Assembly: GCA_021613535.1 (NCBI GenBank)
Contig: CP075497.1
Location: 12,214,001-12,278,000 of the forward strand
Origin: Adineta vaga
Taxonomy: Eukaryota > Animalia > Rotifera
Direction of reading: 5' to 3'
Length of the DNA: 64,000 nucleotides
Shown here: positions 12,112 through 21,730 of the stretch, one piece after another
How the letters are laid out: every line of letters begins with the position of its first letter
How positions within the stretch are numbered: position 1 is the first letter of the stretch
Notes under the pieces: generated by a model
Database searches by the model: none
Told to the model about the DNA's origin: nothing
What the model saw: the letters and a program-made list of their open reading frames with translations, nothing else
Program-made: the position numbers and the translations under genes

Positions 12112-12991
12112 CGTTGTTCGAGCTCGATAAATAACAGTTTATCTTAATAATAATCTTGCTCTTATGCTACTGGTTTTATAACACAATGTTGTGAAAATAC
12201 AATATAATATCCTGCTGCCTTATAAAGCAACACGACAATGAAAAAGAAACATTTGTCTAGAAGATTAGAAAGGAAATTAAAAAAAAAACATTTTAGCAAA
12301 AAACATAATTATCTTTACTCTCAATGTATTTTCTTTTCTTCATGCTCATTACTAATAAAACATCTAACATTCGTTTTAATACAAAGCATATTAACTTTCT
12401 GAGGATCCCTGATGCATATGTGCATATCGACATTTATTTGACAAAAATAAAGCCACCTGTGTGCTTTGTTTTTGTTTCACGTGTTTTAACCTGTTTGCAA
12501 TTGTTGACACAAATATGCGTCAGCGTGAAGTCGTTTTTTATGTGCTATAACAAATAAGAAAAGAAAAGGTAACGTGGGTTTTTTTAAATTTAAAAACCGG
12601 GCCTGAAGAAGAGAAAAATCAACATAAAATAATATTTCTGTAAATGGCATACAACCTGTTCTATTTTAGATTTTAACATCCAGATACCACAAATAACAGT
12701 TTCTTTTATATGACAAAAAGACTACGTTGTTAGTTCTTACTGAAGAAAGAAAGAAAGAATCATTTCAGAAGACTAATTGCTGAGTTAATATGTACATATT
12801 CATTTGACCTAAATCCTCAACTATGATAGATCGTAGCGCTTGTGAAAAAAACGAAATGATTGGTGGTTTATCAAATATCAAATAAAAAATCTTGACTATT
12901 GTGACTCACATAACACCTCAAGAAAACATTTCAAAATTACAATTTAATTCTCTCTATAGATTAAATTTGCAGACATATTCACTATTCATCT

Positions 12992-14599
12992 ATGAACAAT
13001 TGTGATACGTATGTTCCTTCTCAAACAATTAGCTTATTTAATTATTATAATATTTATCGTATAGAAATGATATTGTTATAGAACAACAAGCTGAGAAACC
13101 CATTAAAAATGATATAATAGAAACAATCGAAAGCTTCGATCAATTAAATTTACGTGATTTACTTTTACAGGGCATTTATACTTATGGTTTTAAACATCCT
13201 TCGGAAGTTCAACAAAAATCTCTTCGATCGTGTGTTTCAGGTTCGTTTTTATATGAATTAAAAATCGAAATATTTATTCTTTTCATACAGGTGAGAATGT
13301 AATTATTCAATCAACATCAGGTACAGGCAAAACAGCAACATATATCATTGCAATTTTACAACAAATCAATTTGGATTGTAAAGATTGTCAAGCATTAATT
13401 CTAATGCCAACACGTGAATTAGCTCAAGCAGTATGATTTTATCTTCGATAAATTGTCAATTTGTTGTTCTCAGATTATAATTTAGATTCATTGTATGATA
13501 TTATCAATTGGTAAACGTATGGATGTGACATGTCATGCTTGTGTTGGTGGTGTTAGTATTCGTGAGGATATAAAATATCTTGAAAAAGGTGTACAAATTG
13601 TTGTTGGTACACCTGGTCGAATATCTGATATGTTTAGAAGATCAATACTTCGTAGGTGATTCTTTTTTATTATTGAATCGATGAAAATTTTCGTTTTATT
13701 CTTTGATTTTATACTATAGATAGTAATAAAATTAAAATATTTATATTAGATGATGCAGATGAAATACTTTCTCGTGGTTTTCATGAACAAATTTATGATA
13801 TATTGATGAAATTACCGACCGATTTTCAGAGTATTGTTCTATCAAACACAATGACAAATGAGTTACTCGAATTAACACAAAAATTTGTGATAAATCCTAA
13901 AACTATTTTGATCAAGAATGTAGAATTAAAGATGGACGGTTTAAATCAATATTATGTTGATATCGAACGTGAAGTAAATCATTCTAAAATGATTATCTAA
14001 TGTTTAAATATTCTTTTCATCTAGGAATGGAAATTAGAAACATTATATGAGTTATTCGATATGTTAACAACTCATCAAATAATCGTCTATTGCAATAAAT
14101 GTGAAAAAGTCGATTGGTTAACTGAAAAAGTCTGTGAACGTAATTACAAAGTATCTTCTCTAGTAAGTTTTATAATAACAAAATATTCCAAATAATCGAT
14201 TAGAATGTCTGACTTTTGTTTTGTTTCTAATAGCATCGTGAAATGGATATTACACAACGTAATGATGCAGTAGAAAAATTTCGAATTGGTTCTATTCAAA
14301 TCATGATAAGAACGGATAGAGCTGGTGTTGCAATGGATGTTTCACAAGTTAGTCTTGTTATTAATTATGATTTACAGATTTATATTGATCAATATTTAAA
14401 TCGGTAAGAATGAATGATTGTTGAGAGAAAATTAATTTTATGTTCTTGATTAAGTATTGGATATTGTGGAGAATTTCGTCGGAAAAAGACAATCATCAAT
14501 TTTATTGTTAAGGGTGAAGAACGAACTTGAAGTGCGATTGAAAATTTTTATAATACACGTATTGTACAATTACCAATAAATTTTGTGGATTCAATTTGA
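12992..14599 (+). CDS. Divergent eIF4A-like DEAD-box paralogue with degenerate motifs and a premature TGA (pseudoenzyme or young pseudogene)
   Basis: Spliced translation: GFKHPSEVQQ, STSGTGKT, PTRELA, GG, TPGR, DDAD (for DEAD), SNT (for SAT), NRIGYCGEFR (for HRIGRGGR); TGA at 14528-14530, eIF4A-like tail continues to TGA at 14597-14599. Confidence 0.85.
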
Positions 14600-15120
14600 A
14601 GACAGAATGTCATTCTCACCGTACAAATTTAATTATATAGGTATTCTCGATGCTAGTCATATTTTTTTGTTTGAAAACTTTTGATTATGCTGAATTTGAC
14701 AAAATAAAATCCTTTACATAATGATCCAATAACATCAGGATATTTTCATGGTATATTAATAGACCGATCTCGTTTTCCATTGATCAACATCTAGTTAATA
14801 AAGGATCGTGTTAATATTAGTATTTGATATAATATCTCGTCTAATGATCGACGATTTCAAATGAAACATCTTTGTTGAAGATTTGTATAAATTCATGAAT
14901 ATTTGTTAATAGAATTTTTTCACAAGAACAAAACATATGTCATGCTTGTTCTATCCCTTTGTTTATTATTCAGGAACATTTGACATTTCTCTCGCATGTT
15001 TTCCATAGCAACCAAAGGAAAGAAAAAGAAAAACAATGTTTACAAAGAATGTAATGAACTACTTATTTGTGAAAGATTTCTAAATTCGCTGCATTAATTT
15101 GCAAATAAAATATAAATAGA

Positions 15121-17052
15121 ATGGTAACTGATATACAGAATGGTTTAATGACAGACGACGAAACAAATACAATTGTAAAAGATGACAATCAATGGCGACG
15201 ACGACGCATCGATATTCAAAAGATACAAAACACTATTCTCATATGGTTGGATAATAATATTGATAACAACAGTGAAGATTGTCAAAACATTATAATGGAA
15301 TTTCAACGTATTATAAATAATATTAATACATTTACGGATAGTGATCAATGCATCGATTTCATTCAAACAATTAAAGACAACAAAATATGTATAATCATGC
15401 CAGGATTTCTTGGCCAACAGATGATATCACGCGTACATAATATGTTCCAGGTAGATTCTATTTTTATCTTTTGTAACAACAACAAACGTCATGAATTATG
15501 GGCGAAAAATTGGCCCAAGATCAAGGGCGTGTTTACGAAGATCACACCTATTTGTGAAGCACTTAAACAAGTTGCTCAACAATGTGAGCAAAATGCTATG
15601 TCACTCACTTTTATGGCACCTAATCAGAAGCTAGATCAATTAGATCCATCGTTTATGTACACACAAATTCTCAAAGACATAATCATATGTATGGACTTTG
15701 AAGAAAAACATATGAATGAATATATTAGTTATTGTCGTGATATTTTTGCTGATAACAAAAATGAATTACTTAATGTAGAAAAACTAGAACATCAATATAG
15801 CAGCCAAACACCTATATGGTGGTATACTTATGAGTGTTTTTTGTATCCGATGCTTAATCGAGCACTACGACTAATGGATGGAGATATTATTATACGAATG
15901 GGTTTCTTTATTTGTGATCTTCAGCGACATATTAATGAACTACATCAAGAACAGTTCGGTAGTCAATATTCTCCTGCATCATTTACAGTTTATCGTGGTC
16001 AAGGTTTATCTAAGGCAGATTTCGAACAAATGTCCAAAACCAAAGGTGGATTAATTTCATTCAATAACTTTCTATCTACTAGCATGAAGCGTCAGGTCTC
16101 ATTTAGTTTTGCTCAACAAGCTGCTATGAATCCAGATCTCGTAGGAATTCTTTTCATTATGAACATTAATCCTGCTCAATCAACAACTCCATTTGCTTCC
16201 ATTTGCAACGTGAGTTACTTTGACACGGAAGATGAAGTCTTATTTTCGATGAATACTGTATTTCGTATTTGTGATATTAAACCAATGACTGAGAAGAATC
16301 GTCTTTTCGAAGTCACTCTGACACTTACGAGTGATGATGACGAAGACTTATCAGCACTCACTTATAGTATTCGAGATGAGATTCCATCGTGTGAAGGAGG
16401 ATGGAAGCCGTTAGCGTTTATACTAGAAAAAATGGGCCAATTCGACAAAGCTGAAGAAGTTTATCGATTTCTAATGAAAGAATCAACATATGAGGAAGGT
16501 AGAGGATCTTCGTATCATGCACTTGGAAGAATCAAATTTGGTCAAGGAAATTATCGAGAAGCAATAATGTTGTATGAGAAAGCAATCAATATGTATCAAG
16601 AGGCATTTTCTCCTACAAGTCTCAACTTATTAGATTTGTACAATAATATAGGTAAAGCATATGGAGCAATAGACGAAAATTCAGCAGCTCTCGTTTATTT
16701 TGAAAAAGCTATTAATATTCGACAACAATCACGATGTCCTGATCATCCTGATTTGGCTGATTCTTACAATAATATTGGTAATGTATATTTTAGAATGGGC
16801 AATTCTGCCGAAGCTCTATCATCACACGAAAAAGCTCTTGCTATTCGTCAACAATCACTTCCGTCTCATCATCCTGATTTAGCTATGTCTTATAATGATA
16901 CTGGTTTAGTATACGAAACTATGAAAAATTACTCAAAAGCTCATTCATACTTCGAACGTGCTACAGAAATTGGACAGCATTCACTACCATCGAATCATCC
17001 TATACTTCAAAATTACAAAATGAATCTTGAACGTATGAAAACGGAATTATAA
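15121..17052 (+). CDS. ADP-ribosyltransferase (R-S-E clade) plus TPR-repeat protein
   Basis: 643 aa intronless ORF; ART motifs VYRG, FLSTS, EDEVLF; kinesin-light-chain-like TPRs (HPDLA.SYNNIG.VY); N-terminal IWLD Rossmann/receiver-like segment. Confidence 0.9.
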   Translation: MVTDIQNGLMTDDETNTIVKDDNQWRRRRIDIQKIQNTILIWLDNNIDNNSEDCQNIIMEFQRIINNINTFTDSDQCIDFIQTIKDNKICIIMPGFLGQQMISRVHNMFQVDSIFIFCNNNKRHELWAKNWPKIKGVFTKITPICEALKQVAQQCEQNAMSLTFMAPNQKLDQLDPSFMYTQILKDIIICMDFEEKHMNEYISYCRDIFADNKNELLNVEKLEHQYSSQTPIWWYTYECFLYPMLNRALRLMDGDIIIRMGFFICDLQRHINELHQEQFGSQYSPASFTVYRGQGLSKADFEQMSKTKGGLISFNNFLSTSMKRQVSFSFAQQAAMNPDLVGILFIMNINPAQSTTPFASICNVSYFDTEDEVLFSMNTVFRICDIKPMTEKNRLFEVTLTLTSDDDEDLSALTYSIRDEIPSCEGGWKPLAFILEKMGQFDKAEEVYRFLMKESTYEEGRGSSYHALGRIKFGQGNYREAIMLYEKAINMYQEAFSPTSLNLLDLYNNIGKAYGAIDENSAALVYFEKAINIRQQSRCPDHPDLADSYNNIGNVYFRMGNSAEALSSHEKALAIRQQSLPSHHPDLAMSYNDTGLVYETMKNYSKAHSYFERATEIGQHSLPSNHPILQNYKMNLERMKTEL

Positions 17053-17158
17053 TTTGTATTCATTAGCGATTTTTAAATTTCGTTGTCTTGAGAGAAATAA
17101 AATGTGTTAAAACTCATGCAAAAATCTTTTTACAAGTTTATCCACACCCAAAAACATC

Positions 17159-17171
17159 TAGCGCCATCTAT
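17159..17171. promoter_or_regulatory. CTCF-like motif TAGCGCCATCTAT upstream of the BRCT gene
   Basis: Reverse complement ATAGATGGCGCTA resembles the CTCF core; variants at 35017-35027, 51043-51055 and 62843-62855. Confidence 0.4.
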
Positions 17172-17294
17172 CTAGCATTGTTCCATTTGTTGAATAATAG
17201 ATCCATAGGATATTCGTCGTGATACTTTCTTTTTCTCCTCTATGTATTGTACATCTTTAAATAAATCTTGTTCATTAAAATCAAATCTAACTAA

Positions 17295-19422
17295 ATGCCC
17301 TCATCATCAATGAGAAAGAAAAATGGATCATCCAATATGTCACGTCCATCATTAATAGATACAATGCTTTTAACGAGTACACCACTTCGTCGATCACCAG
17401 CTATTTCATCGACAGCAACATCAACTCGTTCAGCAACGAATTTAACACTTCAACAAATTTTTAAAGAAAAAAATCAAACATATGAAGATTTACACTTACT
17501 TAATTTAACAAAAAATATGAACAGAAAAGAGAAAAAATCAACATCAACAAATAAAAGTATTCGCAAAAGATCAAAAAATCGAAAATCTGTTATTGCTGAA
17601 GAAGATGACGATGAAACAGAAAATGATGAAGAAATTAAAACAAGAAGAAAACCAATTGCAAATAAACGAAAAACAACAATTTCAAAACAACAACAACAAC
17701 AGCAACAATCGGAAGAACCAATTGCCAAGAAACTTCGACGAAATGCTGCTTTAGAAAATAAACGACCACCTATGAAAATTCCGATTGGTAAAATTAGAAT
17801 TAGCTTAGGATTTCTTATTATTTTGAAATCTATTTCAGGAAAATCATCTGCAGGAAGTTCGGATGGTTGTACAACAGCTGACGAAGAAAACGAAGAAACA
17901 CGACTTATCGAGCAATCAAAATTATATGTTGAAGGACCTGGTAAATCAATTTTTCTTCGTTATATCATCTTATACGGCTGATGCTTCGTAGGAATTCGAC
18001 AAAATCATAAAAAAATCAATGAGCATAATGCAAAAATTGGTGAAAAAATTCAAAGTCTTCGATCACATCAACATTTACCACCAGCATTGCCATCACCAAT
18101 TCTTTCCCGATCAACCATTGGAAAACAAGATGTTGTCGTTGCACCCGCACAAAGTAGTTCACGTAAATTAGTTCACTAGAAGTTTTAATAACAAAAAAAG
18201 AAACATATTTTATTTTGTATTTCTAGCTGTAAAAATTAAAACAGCATCACGTATTACATTTGCTCTTCCACCTCAATCAGCATCTCCAATTCTTACAAAT
18301 ATCTTAGATTCAATTCATCCACCAAGTCCTCAAATGCCACCCACAACTACAGCATCATCAACCGAAACACAAACTGATCATTTATCTCATTCCATTGGTC
18401 AAGAAAAGCAATGTCAAACAAGATCAATTGAAGTAACAAATCAAACAATTCAAACTGATTCTTCAAATACCGAACTTATTTCTGTCGGTATTCAATATCA
18501 ACTAGATCTTTCATCATCATCTCAACAGCATGTTGTCTGTCGAGATTTAACAGTATGTGCTTGTGTGGAACAATTAGCTAAAACACGACAATTCATTACT
18601 GATACAAGTAGTAAACTTCAATTGACATCTGTTAGTTAAAATATCAATTAGACATAGTTGACTTACTTTTCTTTGATTATTTAGATAAATCGACCAACAA
18701 AAGTATCCAAACAAACAATGACAGTAGAAGAAACATCACCATCCATTATGGTTCTAGCAAAATCAAGTCTCAAAGCTGAACAACAAGTCATTTTTTCAAA
18801 TTTCATAAAGTTATTTTTTGATCTTAATTTTTTATAGATCATCTTTGAACAATTTATTTCACAATTTAATATTCGTTATTCAAATACAGTTGATGAAACA
18901 ACCACTCATTTAATAACTGATTCTTTAGACGAGAATACTCCACTTGTTTGTCCATTGACATTAAAAGTCATTCAAGCAACTGCTCGTCATTTACCAATCA
19001 TTAGTATTCAATGGCTTGTTGCTTCAATTACACATCAAATTATTGTTCCATCTCAAATCTATGAAATCTTTCTCGGTGATCCAACTTATGGTTATCATGG
19101 TGGTTTTCTTCGTTCACGTATTCCTCGTTCACAAGGACTTTTTCAAGGCATCTCATTTCTACTTGAATGTCCTGAACAAAATGCTTGTCCAGCTATTTTA
19201 GCTGATAATCGAGCTCTTCGTGAATTAATTTATCTTTGTGGTGGAACAATTGTGGATGAATTTCATTCCAATCCATCGTCAACAATTATTGTCTTATGTA
19301 ATGAAATTAAACGTAAAGATCAACTTTATACAGCGTACGTTAAACCTGAATGGTTACTCGCTTCGATTGCTCAATATAATCTTCAACCATTTCAACAATT
19401 TTCCGTCCCTTTTTCTTCTTAA
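17295..19422 (+). CDS. Tandem BRCT domain protein (BRCA1/BARD1/MCPH1-like C-terminus) with disordered N-terminus
   Basis: Multi-exon; BRCT1 TTHLIT...CPLTLK....IISIQWL, BRCT2 LFQGISF...ELIYLCGG...VKPEWLLASI; no RING seen. Confidence 0.78.
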
Positions 19423-19452
19423 TTCTTTTATTTTTGTATAGTTACTGTGTGT

Positions 19453-19812
19453 GCGAATAGGTCAGATTAATGAAAAACAGAACTTTGTCTATTTTTTAAT
19501 GAACTTTCATCTATTTTTTTTTTGGAAGATAAACATGATCACTAATGGTCTTCAATCTTAATCAGATATATAATTATTTCTCTTTTCAGATGAAACCTTG
19601 AACAACAAAACCAAAACTTAAAACTAAAAAGTAAGTAGAAATAGAACGTTTTGTTGAAGAAAATTTTGTTATTTCTTCATTTTAGACCAAAGGAAAATGG
19701 TGTTTCACAAATGGAACAACATAAGAAAGATTTAGCAACAGTTGATCCGGAATTTTATAAATTTTTAAAGAAAGAAGATACTGATTTACTTGATTTTGAT
19801 GCTGATGATGAC
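19453..19812 (+). pseudogene. Truncated duplicate of NOC2L upstream region, exon 1, intron 1 and start of exon 2
   Basis: Aligns with about 21590-21960 (EQHKKDLATVDPEFYKFL..ED..LLDF); ATG AAA CCT TGA stop at 19599-19601 where NOC2L has CGA. Confidence 0.88.
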
Positions 19813-20517
19813 TATACATTATTTAATATAGTTATAGAATCATAGGTTATGGGATTTCATCACTATGGATATGAGAAAATACGCAAACAACATCAAATGT
19901 ATAGTGATATAGTATGTTCGAATATTAATTTTGAATATTCATTCTATGTTAATGTGTCAAAAATAATTTTATTCTAGATGTCAACTATACACATCGATAT
20001 TTATGTGAATATGCAAAAAAATAATGTTAGAGAATGTATACTTGACAAAGAGAGAATAACTAAATTATTACTTGATTGAACTTTAAAATAAATCTTTCCT
20101 GTTGGTATAATCACCGCTTTTCATCAACAATATATGAATCAAAATTGGTAAATATTCAAGTTTTTGTACTTATTGAAAAATTGTTTTTTTTTACACTTGG
20201 AAGACAAATTTACTATTTTTCGAAGATTCAATTACTAATGGTTCCAGCTAACCTCTATTCAAATATTTGGACTAAATTGGTGGTCTTGTCTTCATTTATT
20301 TTTGTTCGCTTTTTCGTCTTTGAATAGGAAAAAATATAACTACAATGATACTTCAGAGTTTGAGTACTAGTGACAACTATGAATACTGTATCTATCTTTC
20401 ATAAAAATACATGAGCCACACGTACTTTTTCTCTGAATAAAATGATTTCAAAACTTATTTTTTTAATTTTCAATATAAAACTTTTGCCTTATTTTCCCAA
20501 TGTTTTTGTTATAATAG

Positions 20518-21573
20518 ATGAATGATCAAAAATGGACAACAATTACCAAAAAAAACAGAAGAAAAGCAACAAAACCTTCACCACCAACATCACAACCACC
20601 AGCAACAGCATCTGGAACACCATCAGCAACGTATGTAACATCAACACCAAAATCCAATGAAATTTCATCATACAATTCCGATGATTTATCATTATATAAT
20701 AAAATTGCAAAAAAAATTGAAGAAAATGAAAAAGAAATCGTTACTCGCTCTGGAAATTTATTAAATTATTACATAGAGCAAAATAAAGAACTACTGAAAC
20801 AACAAACCATACTCTTGCAACAGCATCAGCAACAAAAACAACCTAGTTCATTAGCAATAATTTTAGACAAAATCAATGTGTTAGAAAATCATCTAGACAA
20901 AATCGATATGATAGAAAATCATTTACACAAACTGCGATTAGCAAAAGTAAAAGAACTTGACATATAGCCAGGGAATCGAACACAAATTGAACAAGCACAA
21001 TTCAAAAACGACTTAATCATTAATTATCAATGTGGTAATCCGAACTACAACAATATAAAGTGCATGGTACTAAACAAATATTTTTCACGTAATGTTGTTC
21101 GAGCAAGTCATATTTGGAAGTATTGTACACATGGAGCTGGTTTAAATGAATTCGGATTACGTTACAGTGATTTAAATAATTATCGAAATGGATTATTAAT
21201 GTATACAACTATTGAAGAAGCATTCGATAATAAAGAATTATGTTTTATTTACAATCCATTTGAACGACAACTGGTGCTGAAGATATTACATAAAGGTGTT
21301 GATGGTATTACAGAAAATATTATATTATATCCAGATGATCAAAAGAAGTATAATAACTATATTAAATTCAAAGATATTGATGGGAAACCACTGAATTTAC
21401 CTGATGACATTTATCCATTTAGACGCTTATTGAATTGGCATGCGCGATGCGCGCATGAATATGGAAAACTCAAACACTGGCTTTCAGAAACAGAAAGTTT
21501 TGATGATTATTTCGATTTATCCGATTTGGTATCATTACCGGGCGATGATATTTATGAAGAACCACTGGATTAA
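20518..21573 (+). pseudogene. Coiled-coil plus HNH_2-type (Crinkler-like) endonuclease gene interrupted by one in-frame TAG
   Basis: ORFs 20518-20967 and 21064-21573 share a frame and the gap is open (ELDI*PGNRTQIEQAQFKNDLIINYQC...KCMVL); motifs CMVL, ASHIW, NGLLM, EEAFD, PFRRLLNWHAR. Confidence 0.75.
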
Positions 21574-21730
21574 CTATTGATAATCAGAGCGCGAACAAGT
21601 ACTCGTCCGAGCTTTGTTGTCTTTTTTTTCATGAACATTTATCTATTTTTTTTTGAAAGATCAACATGATCACTATTGATCTATAATCTTAATCAGATAT
21701 ATATATGTATATATTTTTTTTTCTTTTCAG

